A stretch of 64,000 nt of DNA, from the NCBI GenBank assembly GCA_049967655.1, contig JBMFSH010000012.1, forward strand, positions 11,746-75,745, read 5' to 3'. The DNA comes from Acidobacteriota bacterium. GTDB taxonomy: Bacteria > Acidobacteriota > UBA4820 > DSQY01. Shown here piece after piece: positions 27,520-36,907 of this stretch. Position 1 is the first letter of the stretch, and every line of letters begins with the position of its first letter. Both the position numbers and the translations under genes were made by a program. Under the pieces are notes generated by a model. It made no database searches. It saw only the letters and a program-made list of their open reading frames with translations, and was not told where the DNA came from.

Positions 27520-28548
27520 GTGAAGGCCCCGCTCTCCCCCCTCCGCCTCTACCTCGCCGGGATCAAGATCACGGTCTCCAACCCCGAGCTCCCCCTCTGG
27601 CAGTGGGGCGCAGCCCTCGTGCTGGGCGTCGGCTCCCTCGCCCCCCTGGCCGCCGGGGCCTTCTACCTCTTCCATCCCCTGTGGGCCTCCGGCCTCCGAC
27701 ACGAGAGCCCCGATGCCCTTCTGCTTCGAGTGCTGGAGGTGCTCATCCCCCGCCTGCCGTCCCTCTTCCTCCTCGCCGCCCTCTTCCTCCTCTGGGTGGC
27801 CCTCCTTTGCCTGCCCTACCTGTACGTCCAGGCGGGCCTCGCCGGCCTTCTCGCCTCGGCCTTCTTGCGCCTGCCTCCGGAGGGGCCGGCCTCCTCCTCC
27901 CGCCTCGGTTACTCGAAGGCCTTCCGCTGCTTCCGCTATGCCGAGTTCCGCGAAGAGGCCCGCCGGCGAGTCTGGGCCGTGAGCCTGCTCGCCTCCTACT
28001 ACTCGCTCGCCGGCCTGGCCCTGGCGGCGGCCGTTCCCCTCGCGGGGTTCGCCCTCCACGCCCTCCTCCGCCCGAACCCGTGGGCGACCTATGCCGGGCT
28101 CCTCGGCGCCGGGGCTTTGGCCGTGGCCGAGGTCCCCCTCTTCGTGCTCCTCAAGGTCCACGCCCGCTACGCCCTGGCCTGCCTCGTGCTCTTCGACCTC
28201 CCGCCCGGCCGGAGCGTGGCGAGGGCCACCCGGCTCTTCCGGAGCCGGCCCCTCCCGGTGCTGGCCCTTTTCGGCATCGGCCTCCTCCTCGCCCTCATCC
28301 TGGCGGGGCTCTTCGCCGCGCTGGACGCCCCGATCGAGCTCCTCTCCTGGATTCCGCGGGCGAGCCTGTGGCTCGTGGGGCTCCGCGTGCTCCTGGCCCT
28401 GCTCCAGAACCTGGGAGGACAGGGGCTGAAGGTGGCGGGGCTCGGGGCAGCCATGGCGCTCTGCCGCGAGGAGGCCGGGCGCCCGGCTCCGGGGCCGCCG
28501 CGGCCGCGGGGCCGCCTTCCGGTTGACAGCTCCGCGGCCGCGGGGTAA
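27520..28548 (+). CDS. Hypothetical polytopic membrane protein
   Basis: Many Leu-rich TM segments, GC3-rich codons; GTG start 6 nt after TATACT. Confidence 0.65.
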   Translation: MKAPLSPLRLYLAGIKITVSNPELPLWQWGAALVLGVGSLAPLAAGAFYLFHPLWASGLRHESPDALLLRVLEVLIPRLPSLFLLAALFLLWVALLCLPYLYVQAGLAGLLASAFLRLPPEGPASSSRLGYSKAFRCFRYAEFREEARRRVWAVSLLASYYSLAGLALAAAVPLAGFALHALLRPNPWATYAGLLGAGALAVAEVPLFVLLKVHARYALACLVLFDLPPGRSVARATRLFRSRPLPVLALFGIGLLLALILAGLFAALDAPIELLSWIPRASLWLVGLRVLLALLQNLGGQGLKVAGLGAAMALCREEAGRPAPGPPRPRGRLPVDSSAAAG

Positions 28549-28554
28549 AAAGCC

Positions 28555-29187
28555 GTGGAGCGAGGTGAGCCCGTGGCCCAAAGAGCGAAGCCCTCCGAAC
28601 CCGAACCCTCCGGCCGTACGCTGGTGGTGGCCGCCACCGGCGCCAGCGGCGCGCGCCTGGCGGTGCGCTTCCTCGGCCACCTCCTGGCCCATCCCGGCGT
28701 CGGGGCCGTGCACTTCGTGGGTTCGCGCGCCTTCGCCCTCGTGGCCTCCCGCGAGGAGGGGAGGAAGCTTCCCGAGATGCTCAAGGGGCTGACCGGGCGG
28801 GAGAAGCTGCACCTCTACCAGGAGGAGCAGCTCGACGCCTGCGTCTCCTCGGGCTCCTTCCCGGTGGACGGCACGGTCATCATTCCGGCGAGCATGTCCA
28901 CGGTGGGCGCCGTCGCCTCGGGCGCCGGCAGGACCCTCTGCCACCGCGTGGCCGAGGTGGCCCTCAAGGAGCGCCGCCCCCTCATCTTGGTCCCCCGCGA
29001 GACCCCCCTCTCCCTGATCCACCTGCGGAACCTCGCCACCCTGGCCGAGGCCGGCGCCCTCATCGCCCCCTTCATCCCCGCCTTCTACCAGAGGCCGGCC
29101 TCCGTCGAGGCCCTGATGGACCACTTCTTCATGCGCCTCTTCGACCACCTGGGCCTGCCCTCCGCCCTCTCCACGCGATGGGCCTGA
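28555..29187 (+). CDS. ubiX: Flavin prenyltransferase (start may be 28573)
   Basis: TGASGA, SSGSF, PASMSTV, VALKERRPLILVPRETPLS, PAFY. Confidence 0.95.
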   Translation: MERGEPVAQRAKPSEPEPSGRTLVVAATGASGARLAVRFLGHLLAHPGVGAVHFVGSRAFALVASREEGRKLPEMLKGLTGREKLHLYQEEQLDACVSSGSFPVDGTVIIPASMSTVGAVASGAGRTLCHRVAEVALKERRPLILVPRETPLSLIHLRNLATLAEAGALIAPFIPAFYQRPASVEALMDHFFMRLFDHLGLPSALSTRWA

Positions 29188-30059
29188 GACACTTCGGGCG
29201 GCGGCTCTGGGCCGTCCTGGACATGATCAAGGTCCACCACACCATCTTCGCCCTGCCCTTCGCCCTGCTCGCCATGCTCTGGGCCGCGCGCGGCTGGCCC
29301 TCCTGGCGGACCTTCGGCTGGATCCTTTTGGCCATGGTGGCGGCGCGCTCGGCGGCCATGACCTTCAACCGCATCGCGGACCGCCGCTACGACGTGGAGA
29401 ACCCGCGCACCTCCCGCTGGCCCCTCTCCACCGGCGCCGTCTCCCTCCCCTTCGCCTGGGGCTTCCTCGCCGCGTGCGTGCTCCTGCTCCTGCTCGCCGC
29501 CTGGCGGCTCAACCCCCTCTGCCTCGCCCTGGCCCCCCTCGCCCTGGCCGTCCTCCTCGGCTACTCCCTCACCAAGCGCTTCACCGTCTTCTGCCACCTC
29601 TTCCTCGGCTTCGCCGACGGCATCTCGGCCCCCGGCGCCTGGATCGCCGTGACGGGGACCCTGCACGGCTCCGCCCCCGCCTGGTGGCTCTGCGGCGCCA
29701 TGACCGCATGGATCGGCGGCTTCGACCTCCTCTACGCCCTCCAGGACCTCGCCTTCGACCGCGAGAAGGGGCTCTACTCCTTCCCGGCGCGCTACGGCGT
29801 GCGGCCCGCCCTCCGCCTCTCCACCGCCGCCCACCTCGCCACCGTCGCCTGCCTGATCGCCGCCGGCCTCGGCGCCGGCGCCGGATGGCTCTTTTACGCC
29901 GGCGTCGCCGCCACCCTCCTCCTCCTCCTCTACGAGCACAGCCTCGTCAAGCCCGGCGACCTCAGCCGCCTCGGCAAGGCCTTTTTCACCGTCAACGGCT
30001 ACATCGCCATCGGCCTCTTCCTCGTCGCCGCCGCCGATTTGTGGATGGGCAAGAGGTAG
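29178..30059 (+). CDS. UbiA-family polyprenyltransferase (MqnP-like)
   Basis: HTIFALPFA, ARSAAMTFNRIADRRYDVENPRT, YSLTKRF, GFDLLYALQD, AFFTVNG. Confidence 0.92.
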   Translation: MGLRHFGRRLWAVLDMIKVHHTIFALPFALLAMLWAARGWPSWRTFGWILLAMVAARSAAMTFNRIADRRYDVENPRTSRWPLSTGAVSLPFAWGFLAACVLLLLLAAWRLNPLCLALAPLALAVLLGYSLTKRFTVFCHLFLGFADGISAPGAWIAVTGTLHGSAPAWWLCGAMTAWIGGFDLLYALQDLAFDREKGLYSFPARYGVRPALRLSTAAHLATVACLIAAGLGAGAGWLFYAGVAATLLLLLYEHSLVKPGDLSRLGKAFFTVNGYIAIGLFLVAAADLWMGKR

Positions 30060-30169
30060 GGCAGAGGTGCGGAGGAGCAGAGGAGCAAGGTCTCCCGTTT
30101 CTGGCGCACCGTTCCCCCGTCATCCCGTGGGACACCCCCGGCAGGCCGGGCGGAGCCCGGGGGGATGGA

Positions 30170-30528
30170 ATGCGCCGGCCGAGCTTCCCGGCCTTGTGGA
30201 ACGGGTCCCCGATCTCCGGCTCCTCCTCGAAGGCGTTGTCGGCGGCGCTCATGACCTCGCTGATCCACCGCTTGGCCTCGTCGATCCTCTGGTTCACGGG
30301 GACGTTGCCCGTGCTGAAGGCGGTCTTGGCATCCGCCTGAGTCCCGAAGGCGGCGCGGATCTCCTCCAGGAGCTTCTCCAGCTCGTCCACCTTGGCCGGC
30401 GGGAACTTGTCCGCCAGCTCCTTCGCGTGCGCCCTAGCCACCGCCACCGACACGCCGCCCTGCTCGATCATCCGCTGCGCCGAGAACCTCGACCCGATGA
30501 CAACCAGCTCCTGTTCGCCGTTAGCCAT
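30170..30528 (-). pseudogene. 3'-truncated orphan gene (helical protein fragment)
   Basis: SD plus ATG at 30528 and about 118 protein-like codons (MANGEQELVV...FHKAGKLGR). The frame then runs through a palindrome and repeats and overlaps the ubiA 3' end without a nearby stop. Confidence 0.6.
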
Positions 30529-30750
30529 GCGACCTTCCCCTCCACGAACGCGCCCGTTCCCCACATCCGGCGCGGCCTCACGCTCCGCCGCCCCCTTGGA
30601 ACCGATGATTGGATGGCGCCGTCCTAACAGAAGGACGTCAGAAAGGCAAAGCAGACCCTCTGTCCCCCATGGCGCTCGCAGGTTTCGGAGAGAGCGAGCC
30701 CCCAGGGCGTCCTGGGGGTTCGCCCGTCCAGGGCTGCGGTGAGCAGCTCT

Positions 30751-32763
30751 TCACGGGCATCTCGTGGAATCGTAAGATTGCCCGTCGTCAATGGGCGTAT
30801 CCTTCTGATCGTGCGGAACGCCAACTCTCACGGTGCCGCTGCAAGTGCCACCCTTCCCATCGCCGGCGGTGAACGAGATGGCATACACACGCCCGTTGCC
30901 CGTCCCCGAGCGCTCGGCGCGCACCTGCGCCTGGGCAGAACCCACTCCAAAGCCGTCGGGGCACGTATCTCCGTCGCCCAAGCCATTGGTGGGCTCGTCC
31001 TGCGTGATGCCGGTGATCTGGATGGTCACCGGATCGCCGTCCGGATCGGTGACGCCCGTGATCGCGATGGAGACCAGCTTGTGGTTGGGGGGCCAGAGCA
31101 GGGCCGGGCTTGCCGAGGCCTGGCTGCAATCGGGAGGGCGGTTAGGAGGCATCACGCCGGTCGCCACTTGAAGCTGGTTCGACGCGCAATTGTTGCTTTC
31201 GTTCGTCTCGAAGACCTGGTGGTCCGCGTCCGCGCAGGCGTCGAGGTAGTAATTGCCAGCGGGCAGGTTCGGCGGAATGACGTAGGGCGCCGTTTCCACC
31301 GAGCTCTTCTCGCCAGGGGCGAGGGCAGGGATGGCGCGTTCCCCGACGACCGTCGCGGTTGCCGGATCGACCGGACTCGAGGTCGAGAGGTAATATCGCG
31401 TGATGCTCGGGCCGGCGGGGAGAATCCCTATGTTCATCGTCGTCTCGGTAATGTAAAAGGTCTGGCCCGGGGCGGAGATGAGCAGCGGGGGAATGAAGAT
31501 TGGCACGGTGAGATCCGGTCCACCCGTCCAGGAGACCGTGACGGGTTCCGAGAAGACACCGTTGGCTGTGCAATCGGTGAGCGACTCGCCTTGTCGTCCG
31601 TGGCTCTTTCCGGTAGGTGTGCCCTTTCCTTTCGTGGCTGCGCCCTGCCGGGCGTACAACATTCCCGTGTTCGCCCGCAAGGTGTCCACACCGACCTTGG
31701 TACCTGTATACGTAAAGCTGAAGGTCCCGTCGCCCGCCGTGGTCCCGTGGGTTCCCTGGCCGCGCTGTGGGCCGTCGGTCACCTCAATGTCGACGTAGTT
31801 GTTCGCGATGGGCTGGCCGTTGGCGACATTCACCAACATGGCCGTCGCGGTATGTGGCTGGCCAATCGCATGCGTGGCTGACGCCGGTGTCAGGGTGAGC
31901 TTGGGCGCGCAGGGCCAAGGAAGATTCTGTTGCAGGTAGAGGGCGTTGTAGTACACGAGCGCGTAGCCCTCGCTCGTGCGCTGCGAGGGCGCCGCGGCCT
32001 GAGTCGCATCGATCACCGCCTGGAGCTTCGCGTTCACCATGGCTTGGTCCTGCGCTACCGCCGCTTGACGGGCGGCGGAAAGGTTGGATTGAATCGTCGA
32101 GAGCAAGGCCGCATCCGAAATCCATCCAAGCTGGCCGGCGGTGGCAACATCGCTAATGAATTCGTTCCAATGAGCAAACGAGCCTGGATCCACACCCAAG
32201 GGACCAAGGGTCTGAACTTTTCGGATATAGCTGAGATTGATCGGATCCGATTCGCTGGGGAGCAACTCCCCCCCCTCGTAGGTAGCCAATGCATCGAGGT
32301 AGGGTTGGATCCATGGGTTGATCCACGCTTCACGAATGGTGGGTGGCCGCGGCGACTGGAAGCTGAACGGACCGGCACTCGTACCAGGTGATGGCGGGTT
32401 GGGCATATCATCCCACATCGCCCAGTCCACGAAGGGCTGATTGGGCACGAGAACGAAAGGTGGTTGAGGGGGATTCGAGACAATACCTATTGGTGCCCAG
32501 CCTGCCGACGAACCGAGCGTGACGGAGGTTTCTGCCCCGCCTACGACAATCTCAAAATCCGAGAGCTCTGCGGTGTTTGAGGCTGGGTTGGTCAAGGTAT
32601 ATCCGTACATGTACGAGCCTGAATTGGGATCCTCGGTGACTGCCACTTGTATGGTTATGCCTTGAAACACTGGCGGTACGGGCTGCGCCCGAAGCGCCAC
32701 CGAGAACAGAGAGACCATGAGCCAGCCCAGGCAAGCAGTACGCCCACAAAATTTTGTAACCAT
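30751..32763 (-). CDS. Secreted multidomain protein: N-terminal beta domain, FIMAH-like helical bundle, Big_1-like Ig, CARDB, C-terminal WPPNHK domain
   Basis: Signal peptide; GTTAGDGTFSFTYT; GPDLTV...ADADHQVFETNESNN; LWPPNHKL...RAERSGTGNGRVY. Codon usage differs from flanking core genes. Domain names are from motif recall. Confidence 0.75.
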   Translation of the reverse strand: MVTKFCGRTACLGWLMVSLFSVALRAQPVPPVFQGITIQVAVTEDPNSGSYMYGYTLTNPASNTAELSDFEIVVGGAETSVTLGSSAGWAPIGIVSNPPQPPFVLVPNQPFVDWAMWDDMPNPPSPGTSAGPFSFQSPRPPTIREAWINPWIQPYLDALATYEGGELLPSESDPINLSYIRKVQTLGPLGVDPGSFAHWNEFISDVATAGQLGWISDAALLSTIQSNLSAARQAAVAQDQAMVNAKLQAVIDATQAAAPSQRTSEGYALVYYNALYLQQNLPWPCAPKLTLTPASATHAIGQPHTATAMLVNVANGQPIANNYVDIEVTDGPQRGQGTHGTTAGDGTFSFTYTGTKVGVDTLRANTGMLYARQGAATKGKGTPTGKSHGRQGESLTDCTANGVFSEPVTVSWTGGPDLTVPIFIPPLLISAPGQTFYITETTMNIGILPAGPSITRYYLSTSSPVDPATATVVGERAIPALAPGEKSSVETAPYVIPPNLPAGNYYLDACADADHQVFETNESNNCASNQLQVATGVMPPNRPPDCSQASASPALLWPPNHKLVSIAITGVTDPDGDPVTIQITGITQDEPTNGLGDGDTCPDGFGVGSAQAQVRAERSGTGNGRVYAISFTAGDGKGGTCSGTVRVGVPHDQKDTPIDDGQSYDSTRCP

Positions 32764-32766
32764 GGC

Positions 32767-33752
32767 TCAGCCTCCAACCAATTCATAGTGGATTTCTTGT
32801 TTTTCATAGCGAGTAAGCAGCAGGGCTGCTGCGAGGCGATTGAGAAGGTTCTCCTGAACGCGGGCTGCCGCTCCGCCCCCGATCCACGGGGCAGCAGTGG
32901 TTCACGTCGGCGGACGTGCCCACCCGGTGGAGCTCATGTGGGCAGTCCCAGTTGTCCTGGAAATCCAAAATACCCCCCCAGGGAAGGCTCATATCGTTGA
33001 AGGAAAGCCTGACCCACACCCCGTCATGTTGTGGTAGCTGGCCCGGTAATTCTGGGCGAGTTGCACCAGCTTTTTGGCCATCGCTGGTTTCACGTAATCA
33101 CCCACAGGATGATCCCCGGCATTACGGACAACCACGAGAGAGGGATCCGAAGGGAGTTCGACAAGCCCGTCCACGTGAAGCCGGACGCCCATTTGAGAGT
33201 AGCCCGTGCGGCCGCTGGGGTCGGAAGGGTCCACGTGCCAGCAGTCGTCAGGAACAATGTGGTAGTTAGGGGAGCGATGCACCGGGCTGTGATTCGAACC
33301 ACTCCGGAGCACTGTGGATGGTACTTGTAGCCTGTCCATATTTGTCCGCCGGTGTCGCCGGTGAAGGTGTTCGTATCCGCAACACCCGAGAGATCCGAAT
33401 ACAGACCGCCCGTCGTCATGGCGACGTCGCCCGAGCGCGGGTGGACGTGACCGCCTTCGTAATACAGAATCGTGGCGGGATCTTGCAGGCCATCTGTGGA
33501 AAAGAACTCTGTCCAGTCCTCGTGGCAATTCAGCGGTAATCCGGTGTAGAGGTCGTAGCACCCTACCTGAAAGGCGTCGAAGTCAAGTGGCACTGCGCGC
33601 AGGGAGGAACACTTCCCATAAGTCTGTGGGATGGTAGGGCTTGCGTCCCACCAGTACCAGGGCAGCTCGGTTTGAGCGTATGTTCCCAGGCTCAGTACAA
33701 GAGTAAGCAGGGTAACCGTGAGAATGACCGTGGTGCCGCCGAGACGAACCAT
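32767..33752 (-). pseudogene. Secreted MepA/LAS-like metallopeptidase gene split by three apparent frameshifts
   Basis: Four frame segments join into about 328 aa: signal peptide, GGHVH, VDGLVELP, NDMSLPWGGILD..PHELHRVGTSAD, EIHYE. Strong SD AAAGGAGGT before ATG 33752. Confidence 0.7.
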
Positions 33753-33892
33753 ACAAACCTCCTTTCCAGGCAACGAGCTAGTTGATGGTATGTATGGTCC
33801 CCAATTCTTCACATATCAATGGTTTCTGTGTTGAAACCCCTCCCTGTCTTACCGCCCCTCCTCCGTACAAGTCACGTCCCCCGCCCGTGGTG

Positions 33893-33901
33893 TGGTATGC
33901 T
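33893..33901 (+). promoter_or_regulatory. Extended -10 promoter of the RM gene
   Basis: TGGTATGCT upstream of GGAGG and ATG 33924. Confidence 0.5.
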
Positions 33902-33923
33902 GAAGTCATCTCCGGAGGACTTC

Positions 33924-36833
33924 ATGACACCCATCGAGTTCATCCACAAGTGGCGGGACGCGGCGTTGTCGGAGCGCTCGGCGTGCCAGCAGCACTTTCT
34001 GGACCTGTGCGAGCTGGTGGGCCACCCGAAGCCGGCGGAGGTGGACAAGACGGGCGAGTCCTTCACCTTCGAGCGCGGCGCGGCCAAGACCGACGGCGGC
34101 GACGGCTGGGCGGACGTCTGGAAGCGGGGCTTCTTCGGCTGGGAGTACAAGGGCCGCCACGCCAACCTCGCCAAGGCCTACGGCCAGCTCCTCCAGTACC
34201 GGGAGGCGCTGGAGAACCCGCCCCTGCTCGTGGTGTGCGACATGGACCGCCTGGAGATCCACACCAACTTCACGGGGACGCGCACCGAGGTCCACGCGCT
34301 GCGCCTCGTGGAGCTGGACATGCCCCGCAGCCGGGAGATTCTGCACGCCCTCTTCTTCGACCCGGAGAAGCTCCGCCCCGGCGCCACCAGCGCCTCCATC
34401 ACCACCGAGGCCGCCGCCCACATCGGCGAGATCGCCCAGCGCCTGCGCGCCCGAGGCGAGCAGCCGGCCCAGGTGGCGCGCTTCCTCGACCGCCTCGTCT
34501 TCTGCCTCTTCGCCGAGGACATCGGCCTGCTGCCCGAGGCGCTCTTCTCGCGCCTCCTCCACAAGACCCGGGACGATCCGCCCCGCTTCCAGAAGCTCGT
34601 CTCGGACCTCTTCGAGGCCATGGCCAAGGGCGGCGATTTCGGCATGGACACGATCCGCTGGTTCAACGGCTCGCTCTTCGCCCACGGGCCCGTCCTGCCG
34701 CTGGAGGAGGGGGAGCTGGCCATCCTCGACCGGGCCGCCGCCCTGGACTGGAGCGCCGTGGACGCCTCCATCTTCGGCACCCTCTTCGAGCGGGGCCTCG
34801 ACCCGGACAAGCGCTCCCAGCTCGGCGCCCACTACACGAGCCGCGCCGACATCGAGGCCCTGGTGGAGCCCGTGGTCATGGCGCCCCTTCGCCGCCGCTG
34901 GCAGGAGGTGCGCGCGCGGGCCGAGGAGGCCCTGGCGGCCCTCGACCGCCGGCCGGGCCGCAAGGCCCTCACGCCGCAGGCCGCCGCGCGCATCCGCGAC
35001 AGGGCCTCGGGCATCGCGGGCGCCTTCCTCTTCGAGCTGCACACCCTCACCGTCCTGGACCCGGCCTGCGGCTCGGGCAACTTCCTCTACGTGACGCTCC
35101 AGAAGCTCAAGGACCTGGAGAAGGAGGTCGGCGTCTGGGCCGTGGGGCGAGGGCTCGGTCAGTTCCTGCCCATGGTCCACCCGCACCAGCTCTACGGCAT
35201 CGAGGTGAACCCCTACGCCCACGAGCTGGCCTAGATGACCGTCTGGATCGGCTACCTCCAGTGGATCAGCGCCAACGGCTTCGGCCTGCCCCACGACCCC
35301 GTCCTCGAATCGCTGGAGCGCCACTTCCTCTGCCGCGACGCCATCCTCGACCTGGGCGACCCGGATCATCCGAAGGAGCCCGAGTGGCCCGAGGCCGACT
35401 GCATCGTCGGCAACCCGCCCTTCCTGGGGGGGAAGATCCTGAGGCGCGAGCTGGGCGATTCGTACGTGGACCGGCTCTTCGCCCTGTGGGACGGCCGCGT
35501 GCCGCGCGAGGCCGACCTGTGCGCCTACTGGTTCGAGAAGGCGAGGGACCAGGTGGAGGCGGGGCGCTGCCGGCGCGCCGACCTGCTCGCCACCCAGGGC
35601 ATCCGCGGCGGGGCCAACCGCAAGGTCCTGGAGCGGATCAAAGAGACGGGCGAGATCTTCTTCGCCGAGAGCGACCGCCCGTGGATCCTCGACGGCGCCA
35701 ACGTCCACGTCAGCATGGTGGGCTTCGACCGGGGGGAGGAGACGGCGCGCCTCCTGGACGGAAAGGCCGTGCCGGTGATCCACGCCAACCTCACCGCCGC
35801 GGCGGACACCACCCAGGCGGCGCGGCTTCCCGAGAACCGGGGCCTCGCCTACATGGGCGACACCAAGAGGGGGCCCTTCGATATTCCCGAGGCCCGCGCC
35901 CTCGACTGGCTTCAGAGGCCCAACCCGCACGGGCGACCCAACTCGGACGTGGTCGTGCCCTGGGTCAACGGCTTGGACGTGACGGGCCGGCCGCGCTCCC
36001 TGTGGATCGTGGACTTCGGCGCGGCGATTGCCGAGGAGGCTGCGGCCCGGTACGAGGCTCCCTTCGAGTACGTGCGCGAGCGGGTGAAACCGGAACGGGA
36101 TAAGTCGCGAAGTACGGTTGGGATTTGGTGGCAACATGAACGAGCCAGGCTGGACATGCGGGAGGCGTTGGCGAACGTGCCGCGCTTCCTGTCCACGGTG
36201 GCCGTCTCCAAGCATCGGCTCTTCACCTGGATGCGATCGCCCACATTGCCGGACCACCAGGTCTTCGCCTTTGCCGGCTCGGACGACTATCTCTTCGCCC
36301 TCCTCCACTCGCGCTTCCACGAGGCGTGGGCGCTGAAGTTGGGCACGCGGTTGGAGACAAGGCCCCGCTACACCCCCACGACCTGCTTCGAGACCTTCCC
36401 CTTCCCCTGGCCGCCGGGACACGAGCCGGCGGAGGACCCGCGCGTGCGGGCCATCGCCGACGCCGCCCGGGAGCTGAACCGCCTCCGGGAGGGCTGGCTC
36501 AACCCGCCCGAGTGGACGCGGGAGGAGATCCTCACCTTCCCCGGCTCCGCGGAGGGCCCCTGGGGCCGCTTCGTCACGGAGCCCGACGCGCGCGGCATCG
36601 GCACCGTCCGCTACCCCCGTCTCGTCCCCAGGGACGAGGCCAGCGCCGTGGCCCTCAAGGCCCGCACCCTCACCGGCCTCTACAACCAGCGCCCCACTTG
36701 GCTCGCCAACGCGCACCAAACCCTCGACGCCGCCGTCGCCGCCGCCTACGCCTGGCCCCCCGACCTCCCCGACGAGCAGATCCTCCAACGCCTCCTCGCC
36801 CTCAACCGCGAGAGGGCGGGGAAGAGTGTTTAG
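33924..36833 (+). pseudogene. MmeI-like type IIG/IIL restriction-modification enzyme (nuclease + N6-adenine MTase + TRD) with in-frame TAG at 35232-35234
   Basis: N-terminal ADVW...WEYK...QLLQY nuclease motif, GAHYTS, motif I LDPACGSGNFL, motif IV IVGNPPFLGG, RYTPTTCFETFPFP, LTGLYNQRPTWL. ORFs 33819-35234 and 35235-36833 share one frame, separated only by TAG. Confidence 0.88.
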
Positions 36834-36907
36834 TTATCCGTTAGCAGCGAGGCACTAGCCGCCGGGTCGAAAAGGTTGGGAGCAATTGCTGCTTAGAGGA
36901 GGGTCCT

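Noticed and set aside
28523..28551. Internal promoter TTGACA-N17-TAAAAA before ubiX
   Set aside because: The -35 is perfect but the -10 lacks the conserved final T and lies in the upstream gene end; plausible but too weak to call.
33906..36788. 960-aa minus-strand ORF, and similar long antisense ORFs (e.g. 60571-62781, 21986-24355, 27259-29148)
   Set aside because: Shadow frames of high-GC genes with clear motifs in another frame or strand; no motifs of their own.
35235..36833. Treating the RM locus as a natural two-subunit system
   Set aside because: The break separates MTase motifs I and IV within one domain, and there is no clear SD before ATG 35235. Re-initiation at TAG-ATG cannot be fully excluded.
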